This document shows, piece by piece, positions 12,295-24,312 of a stretch of DNA of 64,000 bases. The stretch lies in NCBI RefSeq assembly GCF_006345805.1, contig NC_043007.1, positions 58,590,001 to 58,654,000 on the forward strand, read 5' to 3'. A program made the translations under genes and the position numbers. The stretch's first letter is position 1. Each line of letters starts with the position of its first letter. The DNA comes from Octopus sinensis (Eukaryota). The notes below the pieces were generated by a model. It saw only the letters and a list, made by a program, of their open reading frames with translations. It was not told where the DNA came from and ran no database searches.

Positions 12295-13612
12295 CTAGCA
12301 GAATTGCCCGGCGATGCTCGGGGCTGAATTGCTTGAAAGTACTGTTAATGATTGCACTGAATTATGATGATTATTCAGGCAAATATTGATATAAGTTTAC
12401 GGTGGGAGATAAGGACTTAACGATCAAACGTGTGCCATTGCATTGTTTTGGGGGAACCAAATTTCTAATGAGCATTATAGGGGCACCAACTTTAAGTTTG
12501 AGAATGTGTGGTGGTAGTCCGGGGGTCTGAAAGGAATTGAGTACCTCTATTGGATAGTTGATGACGTCCTCTCGGTCAGGAGTTGTATCGATAGACTTAT
12601 ATACATAGACATCCCCAAGAATGAGTTTTAGCATTTCATCATTAATATGGTGAACAGTTTTATTCCTCGGGGCCAGAATAGCCCTTTGGCCAATCCAATC
12701 CATATTCTGATAATTAGCTTGTAGATCTGGGAACACTGCATCTCTGAGATCAGAAGGCGTTTTAACAATGGTACAAATGGAATCGATGGCAATATTACCA
12801 TTTTCATCCCCTGGTATTTTGCCTTCGCCAAGTGCAAGGAGGGTATGAGAAAATGCTGCTGATGTGATATTACGTCGCATATGAGCACGCATATTGGTGT
12901 GAAGCTTGAGAGTCTTCACCAGTGGCCACAATATGGATGACTTAAGACACGCACTTACTGCATCAGTTCTAGTCCCTTTGGGAATAACGGGAAGTGTTTG
13001 TCGGAAGTCCCCTGAAAGAAGAAGTGTTATGCCTCCCATGGGAGCTGAAGAGTGTTTGATGTCTCTGAGAGATCTATCTAGTGCCTCAAGAGCACCTCTG
13101 TGGGCCATCGTGCATTCATCCCAAACGATAAGCTTGCATCGTCTGAAGACTTCTGCCTGATCGGAGCTGTTACTGATGTTGCAAGTTGGTGTCTCAGTCT
13201 TCGCTAAGTCAAGCGGAAGCTTGAAAGTGGAGTGAGCTGTCCTGCCGCCTGGCAACAAAGTAGCCGCAATTCCAGATGATGCCACAGCTAGGGCATTGCC
13301 TTGTGTTCGCCTAATCTCAGCCAATATTAATTTGTTGAGAAAATTTTTCCCAGTGCCCCCAGGATCGTCCAGGAAAAATATCCCCACAGCTTTGGCCCGG
13401 ACTGAATTAACAACGGAGTTGTAAGCGAACTTCTGTTCTGGAAGGAGCTTTGGCTCATTGTCGGCTATATACTCGGCAAGCTCGTCAACATTAAAACATG
13501 TCTCACGCAGCAAATGTGAAGACAGAGTGTTTGTGCCTTCCCGGTTTGTTGAAGGTAGGCCATAGACCGGCAAGGCACTACCGCCCATATCAAGTACAGT
13601 ATCTTCGAACGT
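12295..13612 (-). mobile_element. Helitron remnant 1 (5'-truncated, internally deleted) with an intact 3' terminus
   Basis: The minus strand ends ...CCCGAGCATCGCCGGG (hairpin) CAATTCTG-CTAG|T into a TA run, a canonical Helitron 3' end. It contains the PIF1 helicase ORF and is cut 5' by a SINE head/microsatellite at about 13613. Confidence 0.9.
12371..13588 (-). CDS. Helitron RepHel PIF1-family helicase fragment (405 aa, motifs I-IV; no Rep domain, no C-terminal motifs)
   Basis: FLDDPGGTGKNF (Walker A with T->N), ASSGIAATLL.GGRTAHS.FKLP, IVWDECTM, LLSGDFRQTLPV, RAILAP.N, PPH.LKLKVGAPIML.RNL...CNGTRL. The frame is uninterrupted. Confidence 0.92.
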   Translation of the reverse strand: MGGSALPVYGLPSTNREGTNTLSSHLLRETCFNVDELAEYIADNEPKLLPEQKFAYNSVVNSVRAKAVGIFFLDDPGGTGKNFLNKLILAEIRRTQGNALAVASSGIAATLLPGGRTAHSTFKLPLDLAKTETPTCNISNSSDQAEVFRRCKLIVWDECTMAHRGALEALDRSLRDIKHSSAPMGGITLLLSGDFRQTLPVIPKGTRTDAVSACLKSSILWPLVKTLKLHTNMRAHMRRNITSAAFSHTLLALGEGKIPGDENGNIAIDSICTIVKTPSDLRDAVFPDLQANYQNMDWIGQRAILAPRNKTVHHINDEMLKLILGDVYVYKSIDTTPDREDVINYPIEVLNSFQTPGLPPHILKLKVGAPIMLIRNLVPPKQCNGTRLIVKSLSPTVNLYQYLPE

Positions 13613-14573
13613 AGTTTGTTACCACACAGCCACACCGGCCCCTATGTATGTGTGTGTGTGTGTATAGGTAGATATATTATGCATGTATATATATATATAT
13701 ATGTGTGTGTACATATTACATGTACATCTATATATATATATATATATACATCTACACATAAAATACAAAATACAAAGTTATATCTTGATATCGCTAGTGA
13801 TAACAATACTCAAAATATATAACAAACTGGAATTGTAGGTCCGTCTCTTGCAATTTCGATCAATTGGATCTTGTCCTCCCTCTTGTATAGAAGTGTACGG
13901 CTGCAGCGAAATTCATTTTTGGACTTTCTTCTATCGAAGGCATTTTAACAAAAACGTTTCCGTAAAGACGGTGAAAATATTGTCAATTTCCCCAAACAGG
14001 GACACAATTCAATTTTAAAACAATAACCAAAGCCCCTTCTCCGAAAGGGGGAGGGTTACGGTTTACAATTATTTAACAAATGCAACACAACAACGTTTCC
14101 CTGACGAGGAACCAACAAACGTGATTACAATAGTCAAACAGTAATAATAATAACAACAAACCTTTTTAATGTATACCCATTTATGTGAAACCACTTATTC
14201 AAGTTCAAGTCATTGATGCAATTTTATAGGAATTGCTAGTACACACACACATAATAAGGGTGAAAAATTGAATATTAATTTGATTAATATGAATTGAAAA
14301 CCAGTGGTGTAGCATATAAGACGATAGCGGATCTTCCTCTAGCAAAAAGGATGACCAGTATTAATGGCTCATCCCTTTTATATAAATACTTTCACTTTAA
14401 TTGTTGCACACTTGCAAAGAGAAAGGAGGAGAAAGTGTAGTGGTAATGGTAGGAGTGAAGCACTTGAAATGAAAGAGGGAAATCGTAAAATATTGAGTTT
14501 TCTCGAATTTTTGCTTAATTGGGGGTGAAATTGAAAAAACTTTAGAGAAAATCTGCCTTTTATCATAAGATAT

Positions 14574-14623
<50 letters not shown>

Positions 14624-14624
<1 letters not shown>

Positions 14625-16322
14625 CAGCAGTTTAGCACGGCTTTGCTCGGGATTAAGTCAGTGTTATTAAGCTATTCAAGCGCTTTGTTTCAAACCAAAC
14701 TAAGTTACACCAACGTCAAATTTGAGTGAAATCCATTGACTGAGAACGGATTGCAGAGAATTTGATTGGGAAATCCCATAAGGAATTGATTTATCGATTT
14801 TTCCACTCATCGATTGTTTTTCTTTCTTTCTTTCTTTTTTTTTTGTAGAACTTAAAGCATTCAAATATCCCATAAGTCCTAAGCAATGCCAGCATAAAGT
14901 TTGAACAAAATGTATGAAAATTGGTAAAAAGTTATTGTTGAAAATGGGGTGTAGCCAATTTTAGTGGGAAATCCTATAAGAATCGGTTTATCGATTTTTC
15001 ATCCTGATGGAATGGAAAACCCCATAAGAAATCTATTTATTGATTTTTCACACCAAAAAGGACTTAACAGAACACAACATTGCTGATTCAAAAAATCTAT
15101 ATTTATACTTTGAAGTTAGTTTTCACACCCAACCCAGTTCTGAAGAATCAGTGTCACGACGAGAATGCATGGGTTGGGAGTTTGACCGGCAGAAGTGATC
15201 AGGTTGCACATGCCGGCCCTTTCGAATCCCCCCATCATAATCTAACCCCTTTGGCCCATGGGTTGGGAACCCTTCCAGCAAGGAAAAATAATGCCCAAAA
15301 GGTCTCCCGATCTTCTGTGTCAGAAGAGGTTATGTTCGGATCACAACTAAGCCTTAACCTAAGCCTAAGCTAACCTAATGAAAGGGGGCTCAGGAACCTC
15401 TAAAAGGCAGCGACTAATCTCAATCTAGTCCTAACCCCTCCTCGGGGTACTATCGGTCAAAGCTGCATCGAAGATATGCATTGGAGAAGGTTGCCTCAGA
15501 GATCTGCATCGAAGATATGCATTGGAGAAGGTTGCATCGAAGGTTTGCACTGGATAAGGATGCATCGAAGGTTTGCATTGGAGATCTGCAGTGAAGAAGG
15601 TTGACTCAAAGATTTGGATTGGATAAAGTTGCATTAGAGATCTGCATTGGAGAAGGTTGATTTGAAGGTTTGCATTGGGGATCCAGATTGGAGTAACTTA
15701 GGAAAACTTACCAACAGCCTTAACAAACAAATAAGGAGCCTGGCTCTTCTAGCCTAACTCTATGAACAACTTGGCCAAGCACTGATATCGGCCGAGTGAG
15801 CATTGTTGTTGGAGAAGTCAGCATTGTCCAATAAAGAAGAGGAAGAGTCCATGAGTCATGTTGCCATGGTTTGAGAATATGTCCAGCCAACGCTTCCAGA
15901 TCACTTGTTTATAACCACATTGGCTGCAATGATGACTTGTTCTTCTGTCTACATCTATAAAACTTCGCTATAGACAACATTGCGTATTCTGCCCTGAGAA
16001 GCATATGCAAAAAGAGCGTTTCTACTTCCCACACGGGAGTAGGTCACATAAAGTTGCCCATGTGAAAAGCACGGCTCCCCCAAATGGATACCTGCCACCG
16101 ATAGTGTTTGACCTTGGGATTTGTTGATGGACATGGCCTCACCAGGAACTACGGTCTGCTGAAGTTAAACGGCATTTCTGACCCCGAGGGATAAAGGTAC
16201 ATCCTTGAAATGAAAACATTCCCCTCCCCTTCCACACCCCGTAACAATAGTGGCCTCAATAAAGTGGGGCGTCAGGGACTTGACTACCAAGCGGGACCCA
16301 TTGCACTGTTTAGGCGGATAAA
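14624..16322 (-). mobile_element. Helitron remnant 2: frameshifted helicase C-terminus (15955-16320) plus a long 3' region and 3' terminus
   Basis: PPKQCNGSRLVVKSLTPHFIEATIVTGCG... followed by AMSINKSQGQTLSVAGIHLGEPCFSHGQLYVTYSRVG...NVVYSEVL* (motifs V/VI). The 3' end is a CCCGAGCAAAGCCGTG hairpin plus CTGG|T at 14624. Confidence 0.85.
15348..15690. repeat. Degenerate CCTAA(C) telomere-like repeats followed by a ~25-35 bp minisatellite (GCATCGAAGATATGCATTGGAGAAGGTT-like) inside Helitron remnant 2
   Basis: Repeats visible directly in the sequence. Confidence 0.75.
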
Positions 16323-16831
16323 GCGTGTACTCTTTATCCCATTTGAGTTTTATTGAATGATTATGTAAAATTTTCTTAACAATAGGATATATTGTAAATC
16401 TATACACACTTGGTGTTGTTGTTGTTGTTGTTGCGATACGTGTACTCTTTATCCCATTTGAGTTGTTGTTTTGAGGTGTTCCACTAATTGGATGGTAGGT
16501 TTTTTTGAGGTATAGATTAAAGCAGTGATTTATTTCTGGTATTTTTATATCATCGAAGATTTTATGGCAGGAGATAAGTTTCAGCGAGGGCTACCCTTTG
16601 ATTTGAGTCACGTCAATGATCTATCAGCTGTTAAGGTACAGCGTTCGGTAAATTCCGTATAAATTTCTTATTTGTTTTTTTGTTTTTTTTCATGTGGAAA
16701 CGTACATTTAATTTGATGTCAGCATAAAGTGAAAGAGAGAGAAAATGACAGGGACGTGTGTATATGTTGATGGTGAGGTGCAAGATAGAAAGTGTGTTTG
16801 AGAGAGAGAGAAGGTGTGTGTGAGGGAGAGA

Positions 16832-16917
16832 GAGAGTGACAGCGCACATTTTAAAATTTATTTTTCCTCGCATCTTGTTTTAGTGAGTGATTAACTGAGA
16901 GAAAGAGAGAGAGAGAG

Positions 16918-16954
<37 letters not shown>

Positions 16955-17435
16955 TAGCGTAACACCCCTCTTTCTCTCTCAGTCAAACACACACTAAAAA
17001 CAGATACGAGAAAAAGTAAATAAATTATTCTTATGCTCTCTCTCTCTCTCACACACACATACACACACTTTCTCTCCCTCTCTTTCCGACAACACACACC
17101 TCCCTCTCTTAGTCAATCACTTACACATTCAATCAAAAAAGATGCGAGGAAAAATAAATTTTTAAAATGTACGCTGTTACTCTTTCCCTCACACTGCATA
17201 TATTTTTTAAAATTTATTTCTCCTTTCATCTCTTTTGAGTTTGTGAGTGTTTAACTGAGAGAGAGATAGCGTAAATTTTATTTTACTTTTTCTCACATCT
17301 TTTTTTTAGTGCGTTTGACAGAAAAAGAGAAGAGGTTACGCTATCACTCTCTCTTTCTCTCTCTCAGTGAATCACTCACCCAAAAAATGCAACGAAAATA
17401 AAATTTTAAAATGTATGCTGTCACTCTCTCTTTCA
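16832..17435. repeat. Fold-back element with about 200-bp imperfect arms and an internal extra inverted module
   Basis: 16832-17030 pairs with 17270-17435; a third, inverted copy of the GTGACAGCGCACATTTTAAAATTTATTTTTCCTCGCATC module lies at about 17105-17195. Confidence 0.8.
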
Positions 17436-17439
17436 AGCT

Positions 17440-18775
17440 ACCGCCTGGTAGTATGAAATCGATTTCAGATTACTGGGGGTGGGGTGAGTAATCTGAAACC
17501 AATTTCAAATTACCCCCGTGTTGTTCACATTACCTACTCAATGATTTTACTAAAATAATAAATCATAAGACTTACAACTCCTGATATTTTTATAACATTA
17601 AATATGGATAACATTCAAGATTGTAAACTTTAAATATGAAAATAAGAGAAAAAATACTAGATTTCTTAAAACACTTTTATGATGTGCTGAAAAAAAAACA
17701 TGTCGAATATCAAAGATTCTGTTGTAGGGAATATGGCTGAATAGCTCTGTGGTCAGTGACTAGACCTTTGAAGGTCTAAAGCCGAAAGACCGAGAATAGT
17801 GAAATATTAGCCTATTTATAGGGTTTAGATGGCTCGTGGCTGGTTGGCCTACTCACTGGCGCGAAATAAGTCGAAAGACAAACTGCGCCGAATGCCAACC
17901 AATCAGAGCACTGGACACAACAGGGTCAAACTAGCCAAAGATGGTTGTAATCTCAAACGAGATCATTCTTAATGTGTCTCTCAAACAGTGAAGATATCAG
18001 ATATGCTACACTGTGTTTGCAATTTATTTTAAATAAAAGCATATTTCAAAGGTTGAGCCTCAGGCCATTTGGAAAAGTAATCCATTGCAACAATAACCAT
18101 CATTTGTTTTTGGCAAATCTGTGATGTCGACACCACTTTGGGCCATCATTTCATTTGGCACAGTACAGGATGAAGCTCTCCAACATTAATTTTGTGGGTT
18201 CACTTTTTGACACCGATCACAAGACAAAACGAACTATTTCGTGTCTTTGCCCATATTTTTCCAATAAAACCTCTCTAAAATTTTAGCCCGTGTTCTGTCA
18301 ACACCAAGTTGACTTTCCAAGCAGTTCATCCGGATCGCGAAGACTAAGACTTCTTAGTATTCATTTTCAAAAGTTCTTACTCTCTCTGCTCTGTGACGAG
18401 TAGAGTTAACCACTCTGCACAACATAATGCTTAGAGAGCCTACATAGGTTTCCCTTTTTGTCTGGATATGCTTCTTTCAAATTTCTTCAGCTTTAAGTAA
18501 AACTCCCAACTAAATGAAAGTTCCGACTTTCTCTTTGATTTACATTACTTTCTCTTTCATTTACAAATGTACATTACACATACACACTCATAACAAACAT
18601 CAGCACATTACCTCCCTATTTGCTATCACAGTAACGAACATTTGGGGAAGAATTTTCGGTGGGAGGGTAATCTGAAATCATAGGGTGTAACTTGAAATCG
18701 CTTTCAAATTACCTTCGGCAGTAATCTTAAAACGATTTCAAGTTACCGGGAGGTAATCTGAAATCGCTATACTGG
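17440..18775 (-). mobile_element. Degenerate DDE-integrase element (GIN/Ginger-type transposon or Gypsy integrase remnant) flanked by arrays of a 26-bp palindrome
   Basis: 18040-18320 translates, with stops and frameshifts, to LGVDRTRAKILERFYWKNMGKDTK*FVLSCDRCQK / ELHPV / GVDITDLPKTNDG / VIVAMDYFSKWPEAQPLK. This is an H2C2 zinc-binding domain plus the first catalytic Asp region. No RT, gag or LTR is visible. Confidence 0.7.
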
Positions 18776-19959
18776 TTTCTTGACTTCTGCCGCCACTCTT
18801 CTATTAGTTGCCATGCTTTTTGTGGTGTTATGGGCTGTGATGAGCTATGTGGTGTTTGTGGAGAGGATTGCAGATGAGGTAGACGGAAGTGAAGACTGCA
18901 GGGGCCTGTGGAACAGCCACGGGGCATGTGTGGGCAGTTCAAACAGAGACGGCAGCGTGCAAGGACGTGTTTATTTCTTGACAGTGATCGCTCATCCCGC
19001 CTAGGTCAACAGGTAAGGTCTCTGTATTTCTTTCTCCCGTTTGCTTCTTTTTCTGTTGCCTTCTTCCTCCATCACACTACACTTTTATTGATTTTTGGCT
19101 TGCAATACTGAGATTTTTTTGGTTCTGTATGAATTCATCTTGTCAAGCTTGCAGATATACCTACTAAATTCATTTTCCCACCTCGTTGTATGTGTAGGAT
19201 CTGGTATAAATGAATTTAAAAAGTTTGACACGTCTGGTTTACACAATATGGAATTTCATGTTACAAAGTCTTCAGAAACGTTATCTTTATGTAACACGGA
19301 GTTTACTGAATTTTGTTGATGTTTTTAAGTTTTTGTGATTTTTGAGGGGGGGGGGTAGTCTCTAAAACTCTGGAAAATATATTGAAGAGTTACCTCCCTT
19401 GCTGGCAACTTTTTATTTATTATTACAACAAATACTGTTAAGAATGAGTTGATCACTCAGCTCGCTTCTGCTGTAATCATCTTTTTATAGTAACATCACA
19501 CATCTAGCATATATTTTATATCATGCAATGTCGTACTTCGCTGTCCGAAAACAACATGCACTGTCATTCATTTCGAAGAAACCCTTGTTGTCAACAGCAG
19601 TGTGGAATCCAGTGAAAGTCAATAAATGTTAGTTCTTATCAAAGAATACTAGTTGTCGCACTCGGAAAAGAACACTAGTGATTCCAGGTCCAGGAGCAAA
19701 TTCAAATTGCATATCATCTAAATTAGTTCCCTCCCTATTTTAAAATAAATCAACAACTCAGCCAATGTAATCAATATCTTTACCAACATACTGCTGACCT
19801 TCTGAAAGAGAGTGTGTGCGTGTGTGTATAATCATCATCATCGTTTAACATGTCTTCCATGCATGCATGGGTAAGACAGTTGACAGGAGCCAGCCAGATA
19901 GAAGACTATCCGAGGCTACTGTGTCTGTTTTTACAGCTGAATACCCTTCCTAACAGCAA

Positions 19960-20530
19960 CTGGAGAAGTTTGAGTATTTCAGGGCTGTATTTGCGAGTGA
20001 TGGGAGACAGGAAGTTGAAATGGATGCTAGAATTGTAGGTGCTGGCACAGTAATGCACCAGCTTCAATATTTGATCCTCAGAAGAAAAAAGGTTGGTAAA
20101 AAAGTCAAACGTGCTATCTTCAATTCAGTTCCATGCCTATTGTTACCTATATTCATGAACATTAGGACTAAAATGACTAAAAGAGTAAGTTTGTGAATAC
20201 CAGCAGCCAAAAGGGTTCTCTAAAGGATATATACTCGGAGATCAGGGAGTTTCTCTCTAGGTCAAACTGCTACTTCTCTATATTTGAGAAGTCACAGCTC
20301 CAGTACTACAGATGTGATGAGAATATCACAGGAATGATCACAAAATGGATTCAAGCCAAGCCAACTGGCAGGAGACCTAGGGATAGACTAAAAACAAAAG
20401 GGTTGAATAATACCAGTCTCATTTGGTCACACTTTGGAATCCAGTCGGAAAGTCTAATGCTGGTTACTTCTGATAGGTACCTATGGAGGAGATGCCTGAG
20501 GATTCTACCCCAACGACCTGCCCAGAAATA
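19960..20530 (+). mobile_element. Degenerate RTE LINE C-terminal fragment
   Basis: Parallels 8900-9400 (LLLYxEKSQLQYYRC, GRRPRDR). Confidence 0.7.
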
Positions 20531-22574
20531 GTGGGCAGTGAAAATAGATGAAATCAATGATCAAAAGAAAATTTCTGATATATGTACAAAGCCACAATTA
20601 TTGGGTGCGTGGGTATTGTTGATTAAAATGACTGCTACCTATTTTCTAAACCCCAAAAAGATGACAAAGGGGACCTTAACAGGATTTGAACACAGAACAT
20701 AAGTTTCTTTCAGCACTTCACTGATCACCCTAAACACATATTTCATGAATCCTAAAGATAATTTGTATAAACGAAATGCTGAAAATTGGTAAATATGAAG
20801 AAGACCTGGAGTAAATCTGGAAGGATTAATTTTAATACTAAAAAGTGTTTTTTTCAATTTTAAAACAGTAGCATTCAGCCCACATCAGCCTCTACTACCT
20901 TTATAAATTGTTACATCTTATGCTGATGCAACTTTTAACTGCTAAACTCAAATCCTACTTATTGAAAGCATTAGGAAAATCATAAATGAAAATGTTTAAC
21001 TCATATTGGATTACATTGTATGAAAGGGGTAAAATAGCGACCTGTCCCATTACTGATTACAACCCAAGTACCTCTGGCTATATCCAAGATATAACCAAAG
21101 CACTGCAGACACAGGGTGCTAAATCAAATGACTCACCTGGGAAGGGGAAAAAACACATCTTGCCAGGAGCTTACTCACTGATTAATTGCACACAGACAGA
21201 CATTATAAATTTCTTCAAATATTTACTTACACCAGTTTTTTTTTATTTATTTATATATTCATTTATTTATTTCACTTCTAATTGATAAAGAACAATACAT
21301 TATTGGAATTATTAAAACAGATATTTGTAATCTGGGTTTTATTGCCATTGCTTCACAATATTTTCATAGAGTAAATTTTTTATCTTCTAATGTCGTTTGA
21401 AATGAAATCAGCTAAATCAAATTTAGTAATTACAATTGATTTTGTTTAATAAATTAAAGAAATGAATGAAATAAATACAAAAGCACCAACATGTACACCC
21501 ACATCAAGTCAGTTGCACAGATACACAAAATGATCATATCTGTCACACAAAAAGCCCTTGAGGTCAGTGAAGGAGAATACAAATGGTTGCTCAAAAAGCT
21601 GAAAATAGCAGGTAATCTCATTCAAATTACATTTTACTATCTTTAAAAATGGACATATTGTATAATGTACCCTAAATATATGATCCAGAAAATAAAAAAA
21701 TGGGAAGGTGATGGCTGAACTTCTGTTAATTAGAACAGCCAAAACAATAAATGCATCATGCAGTAACACATACACAGATATATGTGCACGTACAGTCTAA
21801 GAACTCTAAATTAGAATCCAAGATGGATATCTCAAAATCGTAAATTATGAAATATATTTGGGGGTGAAATAGAGAATGTATCGTTCTTTTGTTCTTACTC
21901 TTTTATTTATATTTTTTTTTTTTGTATCATGCATTTAATTAAAAATAGAGAACATAGTTATGTATTTTTCTTAGTTTTTCAGTCAGAATAGTTTGTTGTT
22001 TTGTTTTTCTTTTAACATTTTTAGTGAAATATAGTAACATTTTATTTTTTGATAGGTTTCAGATTGTTTATGTATGCATGCTTCCATGAATCCACAAACA
22101 TGGCTCATTTGATTGCATAAATAAATATCAGTGACTCAAGACATTTATACACTTACAATAAAGACATATATATCATCACTTTATATCTGTTATACAATCT
22201 AGAGCCAGTTAAAGAATAAGTGTTTCTAAACAATTTTATTGTCGTCTGCACTATATATATATATATATGTACACACACATACATACAGACAGACAGACAC
22301 CATATATTTGTTTGGATATACATATGAGTAATAAATTTTTACTTGGTACATATAGAAGACTTAGTTATTCAATGGCTACAATTGTTTCCTGCTGGGTGCA
22401 ACTCATCAGGTAACAAATGAATGAACTTTGTCAACATCCTGAAGGATAGGACACAGTTAATGTAACTAATAAATAAAATGAAAATAATGATATATATGTA
22501 CAACATCTCTGTCTTTTCAGAAGAATTCAACTATGGATAAAGCTTTCCCATCCTTACAACATATATATTCACAC

Positions 22575-22584
22575 ACATACATAC

Positions 22585-22643
<59 letters not shown>

Positions 22644-22771
22644 GATATATATATACATATACATAAATAAATATAAGTATATATATACATATACATAAAT
22701 AAATATAAGTATATATATATATATAATATAAACATAAGTATATATGTATATAAACATATATATTCACACAC

Positions 22772-22803
<32 letters not shown>

Positions 22804-23290
22804 CATACACAAACATACATACATATATATATATATATACATACACAAACATTACATACATTATATATATATATATATATATATATACATACACAAACAT
22901 ACATACATATATATAATATATATATATACATACACAAACATACATACATATATATATATATACATACACAAACATACATACATACATATATATATATATA
23001 CATACACAAACATACATACATACATATATATATATATATAATATATATATATATATACATACACAAACATACATATATATATTATATATATATATATATA
23101 TAATACACAAACATACATATATATAAATAAATATAAGTATAAATATAATATAAACATAAGTATATATGTATATAAACAACATATATATTTACACACAACA
23201 TACACACACACATATATATATACACACATATACAACAAATATATATATAATATATATATATATATTATATATATATATATATATATGCAT
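22575..23290. repeat. Compound TA/CATA microsatellite with a higher-order ~30-bp unit (…ATATACATACACAAACATACATAC…)
   Basis: Visible directly in the sequence. Confidence 0.95.
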
Positions 23291-24056
23291 ACATACACAT
23301 AGCTAGATAATTATAGGGACATACATATACAATACATTCATACATACAAAATGGCGGATCATCTGCTTTGTAAAGTTATACTTTTATTGTATCTGTAGTT
23401 TATAGAAAAAGAAAAGTTACAGTTTAGATACTCAGAACAAAGATTGATTCTGTAATTTTGATGGAGAACACAATGTTTGTTTGTTTATGTGTAAGATAGA
23501 TAAATAATGTATTGTTTATGTTAACTTTTTCTTACTTCGTCTTACACCATGAATCTTTGTTCATTGAAATAACTAATTAGTTCAAAGTTGAACTCAGTAA
23601 CTCAGAGGAAAGATTCAAGTCTGAAGATATTTCTATTTTCTTCTGAATCTATTTTCGCTGTTTGTTTCCTGTTATTGTTGATGTTTTTTTTATGAGTGTG
23701 GGAGGGGAATATGTTCGCCTTATTTTTTTTTTGTTCTTTGTGTTTCTCTTGTTTTACAATTTTTTCATATCTTAATTTCATTGATTATTTTCTTTCTATG
23801 CTTAGGTTATGCCCACCTATTTTTAAAGATGTATTTATTTGTATGTATAAATGTGTGTGTGTGTGTGTGTGTGTGTTGTAATTAAAACTTTTTGGAAAGT
23901 AGTAATTGCTATGTGACATATTACAGAGGAATGAGTGGGGGCTGATGAATGGATGGAGGGAGAAAAAACATTCAACAGAGTCTTCAGAAATCATCCTTTA
24001 GTCCAGTTACAGCTGCTACAATAAAACAATGTCTTTTGCCACATTGCTAGACAGTC

Positions 24057-24312
24057 TCACGAATAACTTTGGTAATAGTCACTGTTGATCTGAAGGACTG
24101 GGTTGCCGATGTGGACACTGGTTGAGTTAATGGACGGATTCATACTGATTTGCTTGTCGAAATGAGTGCTGTCATAACTTCCACTGGCACTACCTGTGTC
24201 ATCGGCATACACCTTCACCTGCGACCCATGGTAAGGCAAGTTGACGGTGTCGTCTTCTCCAGTTTCATCAAGCTGAGGTCTGTAGGAGAAGGGTATGCTG
24301 GGACTGGTAGTC
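24057..24312 (-). CDS. TPRA1: TPRA1 last coding exon (256 nt including the TGA stop)
   Basis: TTSPSIPFSYRPQLDETGEDDTVNLP...SYDSTHFD...SINST...YQSYS*, matching the TPRA1 tail motifs FSYK.QVDET, YSSTQFD and GSINST. The 10 exons total 1281 nt = 426 aa + stop. Confidence 0.95.

Noticed and set aside
14255-14572. Possible 5' TC terminus of Helitron remnant 1 at about 14570
   Set aside because: The intervening sequence includes a SINE head, microsatellites and an unrelated TA-embedded cassette, so continuity with the helicase fragment cannot be shown.
18780-19020. GC-rich ORF-like block with a plus-strand CAG|GTAAGG donor at 19013
   Set aside because: No frame gives a recognisable protein and no partner exons were found. 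It is probably part of adjacent mobile DNA and cannot be supported as a gene.
22517-23298. Cluster of 60-221 aa ORFs rich in Y/I/C/V/M
   Set aside because: They are translations of TA/CA microsatellites. The same applies to 37960-38532 and 61136-63637.
23346-23356. YY1-like AAAATGGCGG motif / ATG
   Set aside because: It is isolated, the ORF closes after 15 codons, and there are no other promoter features in a CpG-poor context.
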